A stretch of 64,000 bases of DNA from Atractiella rhizophila (lineage: Eukaryota): assembly GCA_021432655.1 (NCBI GenBank), contig MU271267.1, positions 1 through 64,000 of the forward strand, in the 5' to 3' direction. A model generated the notes under the pieces. That model did not search any database, was not told the origin of the DNA, and saw only the letters and a list, made by a program, of their open reading frames with translations. The translations under genes and the position numbers were made by a program. Shown in pieces: positions 12,621 through 25,461 of the stretch; position 1 is the first letter of the stretch, and every line of letters starts with the position of its first letter.

Positions 12621-13789
12621 GTCTGTGAGGATAGAGTATCCCAGTCGTGATTTATGGCTGTGGGTATGGATGCCTGCCTTTCGAACAGAACAAGCATTAT
12701 TTTGATTTCACCTTGTGTAGCAGCAACATCCTTCGTCCGATCTCCACATACCCCGCTTGCGAGCGAGCGAGTTGGGGGCCATATTTTGAACCAAACATTG
12801 TGCTGACAGCTGCGAAAAGGCTGGTCAGACGGAAAGTCAAGAGTGAGATTGTGCGCACTTATGAAAACTCACCTCTATACACTCCCTCGCGACATGGTTG
12901 TGTCGCCTCCTTTCGAAACCAACGTCTTCTCTGCCTCTTGCAGCCTCACGTCTACTGTCCAACTTACTTCGACGAACGGAATCTGGTCGTTCCTTCGATC
13001 TCATGCTCTTGAACCTCTCTTCCTATTTGTCTCTTGCACCACATGTCAGCCATTAGCACACATGTCATGACATCGAAGATTCTGCGAGCAAGGTCGCTGT
13101 AGCGTCTGTTTAATGCATGGTCAGTTATCATGGACTGGATATTGGGACGAACTTCCAAAAGATGCCATGAAAAATCTGAATGGCACAAGAGCAGGAATGA
13201 CAGAAAAGCTTGCAAACAATAAGAAAGGGATGCATAGATGGATAAACCGAAGTGCTAAAGTGGGCGGCAGAGGGAAGACAAACCTGGAATAACCCTCCGT
13301 GAGCTGTCGTAACCACTCCAACTTTGCCCGTGTGACCGATTATTCTTCATCCTTCTGGCCAGTGTCCGAATGAGCCACCTTCCACAGTGTGCAGGAGATC
13401 GACTCAACCACGTCTGGTTAGGAAACGCAAAGGCAATCCTCAGACATATTGCTCCCACACGCCCCCAAACCGTCAACGCCGCCTTCGTCACTACGCACCT
13501 CCCTGAGCCATGAGCAGCCTCTATGCCATCCTTCAAAGCTGTAATGTTGTTCTCGATAGATGCTTGTTTCCGGAGGAGAGATGAACGCTAAACAGGATGG
13601 AGACGGTTGAACCGAGACGGGAAGGACCATTAAACGAACGGAAGAGGACGAAACGGACCACAATGTCATCGGTGTTGTATCTCGCTGCCATGTTAACATT
13701 AACCTGCATCCCCGACCCCTGCATCTTCCCTCTCTCCGCTCCCTCTCTATCCTCTTCAATTGTTCCAACTCCTCCCAAGTCCTAAAACA

Positions 13790-13836
13790 ACCCCCCCCCT
13801 CCCCCCCCCCCTCAAAACCCTTCCCCGCCCCCCCTC
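13790..13836 (+). repeat. Poly-C tract (G-rich on the minus strand)
   Basis: C9-T-C11 run followed by shorter C runs. Confidence 0.8.
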
Positions 13837-14762
13837 ATCCACCCTCGCGTCATACACCTCCGACCTAGACACGAGCGACTCGCCCATCCGGAGAACGGAG
13901 AGTTGGGTGGAGTGAGGCGAGAGTGTGGTATTTGGAGTGAGGGAGGGTGGCGGTGTTGTAGTCTTCGACGAAGGTACAGAAGAGCTCTTTTTCTTTGGCT
14001 TGGGGAGTGTCTCGGGGTTGAAGCGTTCCTCGACCAACCAGAGCCTGAATTCTGCTTCTTTCTCAAATATGTCTGTTCCACCCATAACGTCCGTCAATTC
14101 TCATTACCCAACATTCACGAGACAGAAAGAAGGTAGGAAGGAAGGAGGAAGACGAACCAGATTCAGAAATAACCCCATACTTTCCCCACTCCACTCCCCC
14201 ACCCCCTCCTTCCTTCTTCCTCCTCTTCTCCTCCTTCCGAGCCTTCTTCTCCCTCTCCCTTTCCTTCCTCACCGCACGCTCCGCAGAAGTTTCCCGCCGC
14301 TTTCCCTTCTTCTCTTTCTTTAGTGGACGATGCGAGGTGGAAGAGAGGGATGAAGCGTGAGCGCCTTTCTGCCCATTCACGTTTGGTTCAGTACGAGGAT
14401 ACATTGAATAAAGGTGAGGAAAGACAGACTTGGAGATCGGGAACGTTTCCTCTTCCTATCTCTGTCCCTCGAGCGGGAGCGGGGCATCTCCCTCCTCTTC
14501 TCTGTCCGCCTCTCTGGAACGAGAACGAGAGCGTCTTCTTCCTTCTCGCTCCCTGTGACTGTGACGTTCACGCGACCCTAATACACATGAACCACCGTTC
14601 TCAATCTGTGTAGAATGACGTACGCTCTCTGTCCCTCTCACGCTCTACGCTACGGCCCCTATCTCTGCCCTCACGGTCCCGGTAATCCCTTCTCCGCTCT
14701 CCCCAATTTCTGTCCCTGTCTCTGCCATGGTAAGATGTCCCAGGACTGGGATCTCTTCCCAT
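13820..14762 (-). pseudogene. Frameshifted copy of a conserved eukaryotic RS/RD-rich protein with WGKYGxIxExD...EFxxWLxE...FVEDYNTATLP motifs
   Basis: RD/RS-rich N-terminus from ATG 14762. An 85-nt intron at 14073-14157 (GTTCGT...CAG) joins WGKYGVISES to DIFEKEAEFRLWLVEERFNPETL. A frameshift then exposes KEKELFCTFVEDYNTATLPHSKY. Confidence 0.7.
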
Positions 14763-15597
14763 TTCGCTCAGGTCAAAACTGGCCAAGTTGTTTGTGGTCG
14801 GAGTTGCGGACGCTACCATCTGTTTTGTTTGTTTGGCTCTTAAGATCATTGACAGCAACACATCAATCAACATGCAATGTGTAGTAGCTCCTGGAGCTCC
14901 CTCCATTCAAGCCTGATCAGGGCGAACATTTCATCTGAACATTCTTCCGAACACTCATACGTCGATGGATCAACTCCCTCTACCTTCCTTTGTCCTCCGC
15001 CAGCCCACTTGCCTACAGTACCTGCTCTCAACGAAAGCGGCTTCAATCAGTACTTCTCTTCCTCCTCAGAACAAGTTGTGAAGTAGCTCGACTTGCTATG
15101 GTCGCGTGTAGGAAGCCAGGAGTATTGAACTACGGGATCTAGGTACGGACGTGCCCACTAACCAACTTGACCGATCTAGGTCAGTCTGCTACGCTCCTCT
15201 GCTTGAATCGCTTTGTTCATCAAAGAAGGTCGTTTCTCTATGCCCAACACGAACCAGACGGTCGTCCTGCTGAAGTAAGGACGAGTTCTCCACATCATGT
15301 ATAAAGCAAGCAACGTCCTTCAATCCCCCAACTCCAAAACGATACATCGATCTTGCCTTTCACCTTGATTCTCCCACAAACTATTCGTCAAGGCCGTCTC
15401 ACAGCTCACAGTTTGGACGTTCGGCTCATTCTCGTCAAGCTTCGTCACAGTTTCGATCCCGTCAAGATGAGGAGGGTAAGGAGGAGGGTAACCCCTGCGG
15501 ATGACACCACCCAGGCAGGATTTCATCTGCAACTTCAGCTGTCTTCGTCTGATTTAACATGGGTTATGGGTTCTAGTCTGCTGCCTCTTCTCAAACA

Positions 15598-17271
15598 ATG
15601 ACGGAGGAGCAACCGTCTAGCCCATACCAGGACTCTCAGGAACCAACCTCGAGCGCACTTGTCCATGTCATCACCACAGAGCATTATCCCGATTCGATTC
15701 ACCTCTCTATTCTCCCCTCTTTCCTATCTCGCCTACCTCCGTCAATTCACATGCTCCAGATTTCGTTTGCCTTATCCGGATCATTTGGCAGGTGGAACTT
15801 TGTACGGATGTCATCAAAATTGTCTCATTTATCACTTGAACGGGTCCATAATGCGGTCAACAAGGATGGTGCAATTAATCTTCACATTATCATCAACAGC
15901 GAAGGTGTGTCAGTAACATTTTTGGATGTTGAGGGGCATACTTCGTCTGTCGAAAGAGACATCAAATCGAAAATCAACCCGCTTGCTTCATATGGTGAAT
16001 CAAATACCCGCACATTCCCTTTCTTTCGCGAGAATGCCATATTCGCCTCCATTGCCACATGGTCCGCACCTAAAGGACCCTTCCTCCCAATCGGTGACGA
16101 CGAATCGTCAACCGTCCCATCCCTAGGGACAGCTAGCATCATCCAACTCTCTGTCCCACCTCCAGATATTCCGTGCACCATCTTGCGCTTACCTATCGAG
16201 CTACTCTCTCTCACATTCAGTTTCTACCACGGCGACCCTTCCATCCTCTCTAAAGTGTGCCAGCTCTGGAGAACCGTTTCAGCTCCTTATTGGGGTGAAC
16301 CTGATTCTGTGGTGGAAAAGTATGAGCAGTTGAAACGCTACCCTGGTGCCGGACGACTGTGGAACCAACTGTGGTTTGGAGGTGTGGATGTTGGGACGGC
16401 GGAAGAGGTCATTGCCAGCTCGCCGAATGTCATGGAAGTGCGGATGGGCGCATTTTGGAATGACGAGGAGGTGAAGATTGTGTTGAATGCAATCGAAGGC
16501 TTGAAGTGGGTGGATGACGTCACGTTTGCACAATGGGGTCCGAGAAAGAGAAAGTGGAAGAAGGAGGAGATCGAGAATTTCGTGCGGCGGATGGGTGACA
16601 GGATCAGACGGCTCAATGTTTACGACGTGGAAGAGTCTCCGGCTTCAGCCTCAGAAGGCATTCGCTTATCCTCTCAACTCGAATACCTAGTGCTTGACAA
16701 GTACCCGCCTGTCTCATCGCTCTCCCTCCCACACACCCTCAAGCGCCTCCAACTCTCCAATATGTGTCCACTCCCTTCCTCCATCTCAGACTACCCTCTG
16801 CCACCTCTTCTGGAACATGTCGAGATCGAGCTGGCCCCCTTCTCCACCAATGGAAAGCCGACCATCCTACCCACTCCACTCGACTTATCACACCTCACAC
16901 ACCTCACTCAGCTGATCCTCGACGGGGGCGAAGAAACGTCAAATCTCGTTTCTCGCCAATTCTTCAGCACCATCAAAAATGCAACTGCGATATATCACAT
17001 ACGGCTCTGCTACTGCGTGGTGGACTCGTCCGACTTTCCAGATTTCATCCGCTGGTTCTTTGGGGATTGGCGGGTGAGGGGGATCGAGAAGGGTCATCTG
17101 GGGGATGGAGAGAAGATAGGGAAACATCTTGAGGTTCGTTTATTCTTTGGGGAGTGGAGCCAGGAGGAGATTGAAGTTGGGCGGGGCATGATGAGGAAGT
17201 ACCCGGGCTACGAGTCAGGCATTTGGGGCAATATGCCAGGTATTTGGGAGCCTGCGGAGGGGAAGGAGTAG
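15598..17271 (+). CDS. F-box/LRR-like protein, copy F3 (557 aa, intronless, intact)
   Basis: Open frame with F-box LPIELLSLTFSFY...LSKVCQLWRTVSAPYW and LRR-like strands. Short duplication of the GIW motif at the C-terminus. Confidence 0.85.
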   Translation: MTEEQPSSPYQDSQEPTSSALVHVITTEHYPDSIHLSILPSFLSRLPPSIHMLQISFALSGSFGRWNFVRMSSKLSHLSLERVHNAVNKDGAINLHIIINSEGVSVTFLDVEGHTSSVERDIKSKINPLASYGESNTRTFPFFRENAIFASIATWSAPKGPFLPIGDDESSTVPSLGTASIIQLSVPPPDIPCTILRLPIELLSLTFSFYHGDPSILSKVCQLWRTVSAPYWGEPDSVVEKYEQLKRYPGAGRLWNQLWFGGVDVGTAEEVIASSPNVMEVRMGAFWNDEEVKIVLNAIEGLKWVDDVTFAQWGPRKRKWKKEEIENFVRRMGDRIRRLNVYDVEESPASASEGIRLSSQLEYLVLDKYPPVSSLSLPHTLKRLQLSNMCPLPSSISDYPLPPLLEHVEIELAPFSTNGKPTILPTPLDLSHLTHLTQLILDGGEETSNLVSRQFFSTIKNATAIYHIRLCYCVVDSSDFPDFIRWFFGDWRVRGIEKGHLGDGEKIGKHLEVRLFFGEWSQEEIEVGRGMMRKYPGYESGIWGNMPGIWEPAEGKE

Positions 17272-18219
17272 TGTAGAAGGCACAATCCGACCCCAGGCTA
17301 CACGTCTGAAACTACTGGATCAGACTCCCTACTCTCGCATCGCTCTCATCACCCCACAACGACAGGACATACCTGCGAACACACAGAATTTGCCAGGGGG
17401 ACTCAACCCCTTGTTTTGCTAACCAGATCCAACGCTTAGATTGAGAGGTAGGACAATGCCACTTGCGCCGAGGCATCAAGTCCGTTACTCTCATGTTCAA
17501 ACAAGATTAGATTTGTTGAGTAAATGCTCTTTTGACAGCAACCGTGAATACAAATGACTTTGTATGATCATTGCGAAGCCGAGTCCCGGAATTGACAGAA
17601 GGGAAGGTGGCAAGATAGGAGGCGAGGAACAAAGTGCGAAAGTTCATATCTTCTTTGCATGTTTGCGCATGCTATAATGCGAATGAAGTCCTCTGCACTG
17701 TGAATAGCAGAATACAAATTGCAAGCACCTTTGTGCAGTTGAGACAACTGTTGGACCAATATACAGACCAAAATGAGAACAACAGGCGTTTCACATACAA
17801 TCCACAAAGCTCCCCTTCGATCGTTCTCTTCTTCAATGTCCATTCCACAGCCTCTACCTTCATCCACATCTATGTCTGAAGGAGAATGAGGACCTCGACT
17901 TAATGCGCTCTGGAGTCGCATGGCATTATTGCTGTTGCGCCATCCAGGAGTGGCTCGTCAATAAGGAATGGAGCAGATTGAGGAGCTCGTTTGAATCGAC
18001 CAATGACGTGGACGGGCTGTAAAGTAGTCTAGTTAGATATTGAATTAAAAGGCAAGATTTGAAGATGCACCCATTTGAACACACAAATCAACATCATTAC
18101 AATGGTCAGGTCCATCCTCTGTAAGTCGGTTCAATGACCGTCGGTCTTTATTGCTGACTTGAGATACCAAAGTTTCATGACTTCTGCCTAGATATGCGGA
18201 TTAAAACGGACCATACCCA

Positions 18220-20420
18220 CGTCTTCTGTGGTACGACTTCGGCGTAAAAGACTATTACAGAATCGACGTATGCATAGTTGCATACAGACATTGTCCCGTC
18301 TAACGAGCCTCACTCACTTCTTCTTCTTCGTGTTCTTATCGACAACCTCCACCATCAGATCTTGGCCAACAACACTCATGCCAGCGCCAGCACCGCATAC
18401 TCGAAGAGACGACGTACTAGGAGCGAGACTCTGCTTGAGCTTTTCTACCTTCCTAGAATGTGCTTCAGCATCGGATCTTGATCTTGGTGACGGGTTGAGC
18501 AGAATCGAGTCCTTGGATTTCCCGGTGGCAGAGGCGACTGAGGGTTTTGCGTTTGTGTCAGGATGTGTACGCTTCATGCGAGCGGCTGCATTGTAGTGTT
18601 AGCCTTTGTATGAGTAAAGTGGGGAGAGGAAAGGAAGGTGACCTTTTGCATCCCTTCCTGCATTCCTTCGTCGGCAATAGGACCGTGTACTCGGATTCCC
18701 ATACCTATGAAACGTCAAACACGAGCTGCTTGAGGTCGTTAATTTCCCCTTTATCACCATCTTCTGTCAAACCAATAAGCGAGCAGAAGACTTACAGGCT
18801 AACTGGGAGCAGCACGCGCACAATGTTCAAAGGGTAGCCATACTGTTTACTCCTGATTACCCCTCCTTCGCTATCCAGTTTATCGTCCGCATGATATTCG
18901 GAGCTTTGGAAGTCGCGATTGAGCGGCTAACTTTGTGGAGCAGCGATCGACAAGTCATTCACGTTGGAGCGCAAGTGTCAGGTATGCGACGCATTACTCT
19001 TCCTCAACCTCAGCACCCAGCCCGTTCCTTGATCCTAACCTTACCCAGCTACTGCTCGTGGTGGTCCGCCATCCCCTGAACCCATGACGCACCTCGACCG
19101 CCCAACAGCGCCCCTGTTCCACGACAGCTATCCCTCTCCTTCCCCAACCCAAAGCTCCTCACTGGCATTCCCTCCCACCGCCCAAACCCAACGACTCCAC
19201 GCCACACAAGCACTCTTCGACCTCCCCAAGCCACAACCTGCGCATACAGGTTTCATCTCCACCTCTGCTCCTCGTCTCTGCTCCTGCCTTCACTTGCGGT
19301 TTGACGGACCACTACACGACGTACCGTAGAGCCTCCTAACGCACGTTCAGAGCGGACCTCCTCGTGTGCATACAGTGAATACTTGTCGTCCCTATTTCCT
19401 CCTTCCGTGTATCCGGACCATAGAGGGGCTGGAGGAGTACCCTGAGAGATTGATTAGCAAGGCAGCAGAGGGAGGACGAAGAGAAAAGAGAGGGTGACCA
19501 GTTGATCGAGGTGTGGGTTTGTGAGGGAGAAAGCGTAGGAAGCCGGCGAAGAGGTTTGTTTCAAGGCGTATAGATATTCTGAGGAGGAAGAGGAGAGGAC
19601 GAAGCAGCAGGAGGGGTGGAGAGGGGTTGAAACACATCCACCACCTACCTACTGTTTATCTGCTCTTCCCGCTGCAGTGCATCGCGTAACCATTCTGCGG
19701 GCTCTCTGGAGGACATTAGGATGGACGACTTACCTCCTCTCAACCGTCCTGAACACCGCAAATCCTGTCCCCTCCCCTTTGCTCCCCGTCGTTCCGCTTC
19801 GACGTCCTTACGAGGAACGTAGCGAGTAACCCATCCTTCGCCTGCGCCATTCACCTCATATTTCCCAGCCAGCTCGCTGGAACCACTTGGAATATTCAGG
19901 AAAGGGCACACTTCTCTCATTCTCTAACCTCTTTGTTGGGAGAGGAGGAGGATGGATAGAAAGCGGCAGCAGACGTAGAGATGGAGTGCTGAAGAGGGAT
20001 GCGGTTCTTTTGGAATGAGGAGTACTGGCGAGGGTGATGTGAGGAAAAGGATTAAATGACTCTCCTGATTGCCACATCAGGGATGAGGAGATGGAAGTGG
20101 GAAATTACTAATCGGCCATGTTGTGCGTCTTCCTTATTTTCGCACTGTTTGCTCTCCACAACGCTGATTCCTTGTGAGGCGATGGAGCAGGAAGCAGGAG
20201 TGGGATATTGTTGATCTGCCACGTTGTCCGATTTGGTGCGACTCGCACATTCTGGTCAGCAGTTCGTCAGACTGTGGGAGATGGATGACATTGGCTGGGT
20301 TCAGACGCTCGAAAAACTGACCATCAGCACACCCTATGCTTCTGGCTGCCCTTCAAGCTTCAAACACTCTTGCAAATCCACAAATATCAACACACGAAAC
20401 TGCTTCATCCTCCGACAATC
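18220..20420 (-). pseudogene. Decayed copy B4 of the co-duplicated minus-strand gene
   Basis: SREPAEWLRDALQREEQ and VEKLKQSL fragments; collinear with B2. Confidence 0.55.
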
Positions 20421-20817
20421 TTATTTGAATGACGGACTTGCCTGCTACGCTAAGTTTAGTATCTTGCAATCCCCCCTGTACGATGGAACTTCTCCTTCTT
20501 CAGCGCCAACTGGCTTTGTCAGCTCTTTGTCAGAATGTCACCATTCGTGGGACTGTAGTATTTCTGTTCAGGTCTGCATTGCTGCTGTCTACTGGATGCA
20601 TTCGGAGACTTATGTTGCCTGTATTGGGAACAGCTTTTGATGACAGTCTATCCATTATGTTCCTCCATCCTACGACTTCTCTACTCACCGCCATCAATCC
20701 CATGCATCAAATGTAAACAAAAATGTCATATCAATCGCATCCCCCTCCCTTTGCCGACCCCTTCTGCTTGCCCTGCGACCCGACTTCGTCCAAGGCCTCA
20801 CACGGTTAAGGGACAGA

Positions 20818-21258
20818 TGTTAGGGCTAACACTATGTGCAGTCGGCGATGGGCGATGCGTCTGTAGTGGAGGTAAACCGAAGAGAATACTCTGAGGTCAC
20901 CACCACTACATCTCGATGTATATATACATAAGTAGAGGCACTGCCATAAACTGTAACATACGGTGCTTGAAATGTGTAAGATAGCAAGATCAGGAAAGTA
21001 AATAAAGGGAATACTCGGAAATAAGATATACTGGGTAGTACTAGTGAGAAAGGACAATAAGGTGAAAATGAGACGGTGCAGACCGGCGAAATGTATAAGG
21101 TTTGCTGAGCGGCGATTCGAGTGAGAAATGGGAAAGCAGCGAACAGTGCAGATATGTGCAGAGCGGCGATGGGTAGGCACGTGATCCCATGACGCGGTAA
21201 GGTGGGTCACGTGACCTCAGATGGTGCATTTCGGTAATGCGTAGGGGCAAGCCTGACA
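20818..21258 (-). mobile_element. Solo LTR, family B (441 bp; orientation relative to other copies)
   Basis: TG...CA termini (tgttaggg...cctgaca); perfect 5-bp TSD ACAGA at 20813-20817 and 21259-21263; homologous to 54461-54904 and the 39431 copy. Confidence 0.9.
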
Positions 21259-21985
21259 ACAGAGTCAACGAGTCCGTTCTCCTCCATCTTTCACAAGCAT
21301 CCTAGGGTATTAGCTGATTGTTCCTTACTCCCTGCCCTCCAAGCAAGAAACATGTTTCCATTCGAACCAATACATTGACTCGACGCGAGGTAGAAGACGA
21401 GTATGAAGCTCTATGAAAACAGGGTTTGGTAAGAATTCAGTCAGTTCCGTCAAAAGCCAGTTACTGCGCGGGCGAAGTTCAGTCTGCCAAAAGTGACTGA
21501 ATGTTCGACAGTCCGATGTCAGCAGTTTTTCAGCTCCGTTTCGGTGTTAGTGCTTGTATCAACGCCGTCCGTCGTCTGTCGACGAGGTTCTCTGCTCATA
21601 TTGTACTTCTTGTTCTAGCGCACAAGTACCAGCAGTAGGCATCAGAAAGTCAGAAGGTATCGTCCCACTGTCACGTTTGTGTATTGTGTAAACTGATAGA
21701 TATTGTCTTTCGCAGGTGGGTTCCCTTCACTACTTCCGACGACGCCTCTCCCCTCCACCTTCCTCCCGTTCGCCGACAACTGGGATCTGTTTTTCGCACC
21801 GTATCTGTAATGGAATGGAGAGTGACGGAGAGGGATTTAATGATTGTAGTTGTTGCATGGCTTTCATCGATGAGCTTTTTGTCGGTATGTCAGTCTTTCG
21901 TGTTGGATTTTCAAACAGAGGCTGCACGCCGCATATCAAATAGATTCTGTATCTCAGATCTTGCTGTCTTTAAGATAATATTATA

Positions 21986-24900
21986 CTACTCTGTATCCTC
22001 CTCCAAGCGGCTGTCTACATTGTAGGTCCAAGGATTCTTCTTGAGAACATAAACTTTGGACGGAGAGGTGGCCGGTTGGAAGATGCCAATCAAGTCTTTG
22101 ACTGCACTGCAGGGCAGCACAGTCAAGGCTTCGTCCCACCTTCCCAAAAGAGTCTCTCCTGGGAGAGTTTGTGCAACAGAAATACAACGGCTGACAACAA
22201 TGTGTGTTGCGCTGGAAACCGCTAGATTGGCGGGCAATCTTACGTATATTATTGCCTCGGCATATCCTTCCCTCCCGCCATATTCATACTTTCCATAAAT
22301 CAGTCAAGCTATGGGAGACAATAGATCGCATGACTTACAACGAAGCGACGCGCTCGCCTTATAGCATTACGTTGCCGACTTTCATTTTCCAATGAGCGAA
22401 CCACTGTTCCGTCTGCAAGATGCATCTTCCCCGACTTCTCTGATTGAGAATATATCCTAGCAACGTCTTCACTTTCACATTCAGTTCCCATAACGGACGT
22501 AAGGTAAGACTGAAGTGCGGTTAAGATGCCGCTTTCAAGAGCAGAATCAAACGTCCTAGACCGTGATTTGGCGGAAAAAGTGTTTGTTCTTTTTGTCGGT
22601 TTAGGAGAGGTGTCAACGTGAGGAATGTAGAGCTTGAGAATATTCAGTTGTTCGCGCCGGATCAGGTTATTCGCTAGTTCGGCATATGGCAGTCTTCGTG
22701 AACCCAGCTTGTCTTTCTCAGTTCCTAGATTTCGCTCCAAAGGAAGTTGTGTGAAGTTCATTAGGCTTCCTAGAATCTTGCTCAAGGGAACAATATGCAG
22801 AAGCTGATGCAGGCTCATTGGAACACGGCGAACCAGAGCAGGGATGTTCCGCACGTAGAGCTCCTCAAATCCAGTGCAAAAGCCGCTCATGAAGGAACCG
22901 GCACTTTGAAGTTGTGATAAAGAGGCGGCATGGATGTTTGTGATGATTTTGACTGCAGAGACAAAGTTCGTCCAATGTTGTATGAGCTCGATGTGGAAGC
23001 CAACTTCCAGCAATATGGGAATGGAATACCAATGCACCCATCCAAGCCACTCATATATTGAATATCGCGTATTGCGGAACTTGTCTAGATTGCGAATGCG
23101 GTTTGAGAAGCGTGCTGGCAAATCAATTACCGCGTTGTCCATAAGCTCACCAACAAGGATTTTCTGATCTGTAGAAAGAAGGTGTCGGTCTCCTTCAACA
23201 GGCTCCACCTTTCCGCTCCATAAGTCCCATAGATGGGGAGTTACATTCTCATAGAGAAGGTGGGCAAGATCCGGTGGAAAGAAGAAAGTTGGGAAGAAAG
23301 TCGTAAGCCTGGACCAGATTACACACTTTACAATTCCAAACTCAGTTCGTAGCTTTTCTCTTCGTGTCTGATTTGGTGCATTTTCGATTTGTTCAAGATA
23401 ATCGAAATAGGACTCGTTTGTTCGAAGACGGAGAGCATCTGGATTATAAGTGTCCGGTTGATTTGCGTTAAGGTTCGTAAAGGGAGACAGCTGGTCATAA
23501 CCCCTGAAGCGAGGTGTCGTCAGAGGAAAGTAGTTGGTCCTGACATTTGGTGCAGGCCGACATCCTCTCAATAGACAAAACCTGCACCCACGAACCCCCT
23601 GGTGTCCTGTCATTCCGTTCATCTTCTGGGAACCAGGCATATCGGCACAACATGCGCAAAGGTATCCTTTCCATAGGAAGGGACGTTCTTCTACGCTATC
23701 CCACATCCACACTCCTAGAGATGCTCGCACAAAATCTTCCACAAATGGATAGAAAAAACTCTCGATATTGACAGGAGGGTTTGACCCAGGAATGGCAGCA
23801 ATTGGCAGCTCGATTGTGTCCTGCATCCTGCCCTCTTCTGCAGGAACATTAAAGATTTGAAGCATAATCATCCAAACCTCTCCTTTCTTCTTCATGCTAA
23901 GCTGAGCACCATCAGTGGACAGGGAGAATAACCCGGTACGAGGATCATCGGAGAGGTTCAGACATTGTTATAACGTTTGAAGAAGTTCACCATCCGCCAA
24001 ATCCTTATATACTCGATCCGCTTCGTTTGCCAAAGCGAGGCCTTGCATCAGAGTTCTGTAGTTGCTCCGCATCAATGCCGCCATTCTTCGATCGGCAAAG
24101 TAGGCACGGACTCGATTGAGAAAGTCCAGAGTAAGGTATTCGTGTTGCGGTTTAGGATGTTCTCTGCCTTCCCTAGGGCGATAACGAGGTGCGTTACACT
24201 TGACTACCTTGCCATCGATATTCCGCACACAGGGACAGAACTTCAAATGATCATATGGCCCAATAAATGCCATGCAAGAGTTCACACACATGTCGTGCCG
24301 GCGAGGTGACACTCTGGTGAGTTGCTCGATATGTTTGGTCGTTTCGTAAAGTGACAGAATTTTGTTGCCTTGTGCACGCAGATTATTTGCATATCGATTG
24401 TACTGCTCAACTGTTCCATTGGTTTTGGCCCAAGCATACCAGTGGCGAAGGCTTGGAAGTAGCTCTTCGTCGTCAGGAAAAACTGATGGCAGGAAAGTGG
24501 GTAGATCTGGTGGAGGATTGTCGGGAGGTAGAAGGTGAGGAAGTTCTTGCTTGAGTTCCTCATACCGACGTCGGAAACTCTGTGCAATCCACTCGTCCGG
24601 ATCGATGCCACCTTGATCATGTCCCTCACTACCACTCTCAGGATTGGCCACCCCCTCACCGCCATCTTCAATGTCTGATCCCTCTAATCCTGCCGAATTC
24701 TCCACGTCTTCTTCTTCGGATTCTCCTGCCATGTACGATCCCACCTGCACGTCTGCAAAATGATATTGCCCATCTAGATGCAGGTGCAGTTCATCGTCCG
24801 ACTCTTGATCTTCATTATCCTCTATTATGGCTTGATGGAGAGGAGAAGGAGAAAGGGTTGAGAGTGTGGAGAGGTCGTGATGTACATCAGTTGGAGTATT

Positions 24901-25287
24901 TTTCGAGCTGCAAGGCAATTAGCGGATTGTCAGGTGAATGAATATAAGTATGTACCTTCCTAGGCTTGATGCCATTACATCCAGCATGAGTTCTGCATGT
25001 TGTTCTTCTGGAGTCTCGTCTCCATCATCTCTCTGATTTTCAAGTGCTTGCTGTCTTCTTAAAGCAGATATGGCCGTATAGGTCGTCGGCGGTACTTGGT
25101 TGAAGAAATCCAGAGCCAGCTGCAACTCTGACATGATAGGGAGACCCTGTGAGAGCAAACGTTGTGCGAGAGTGAGATCTTTTTTGCGATGCTCTCGAAT
25201 AGTTCTGGGATCAAGCCAAACCGGCTGTCCATTCCGCTTTTCACAACACCTTTTGGAATAGCAGAGACATGGCTCTTTGGCTCGCAT
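21986..25287 (-). pseudogene. CACTA/EnSpm (Tnp2-like) DDE transposase; 3 exons, ~1067 codons, one in-frame TAA
   Basis: Exons 25287-24956, 24907-22339 and 22288-21986 (48- and 50-nt GT-AG introns) splice in frame. Motifs LSTDGAQL, CADMPGSQKMNGMTGHQGVRGCRFC, PPDLAHLLYEN and QLPLERNLG. Single stop at 23968-23970. Confidence 0.8.
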
Positions 25288-25461
25288 TCTGATGTCAATT
25301 CTGCCGTGGCATAAAGCTATTGGTAAAGAAGAGTTTTGAAGAGATTGCTTCTGATTTATTTACAGATAATTGACTAGCAGGCACCTTGTGGAATCACGTG
25401 CAGCTACAGTGCAAAAAAATACTTTTTTTTACTTTCCAAAACAGCCACTGACCTTCTCAAG

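Noticed and set aside
12850..13540. Possible degraded host gene fragment on the minus strand (EVRPNIQSMI...)
   Set aside because: Similarity is too weak to assign by eye.
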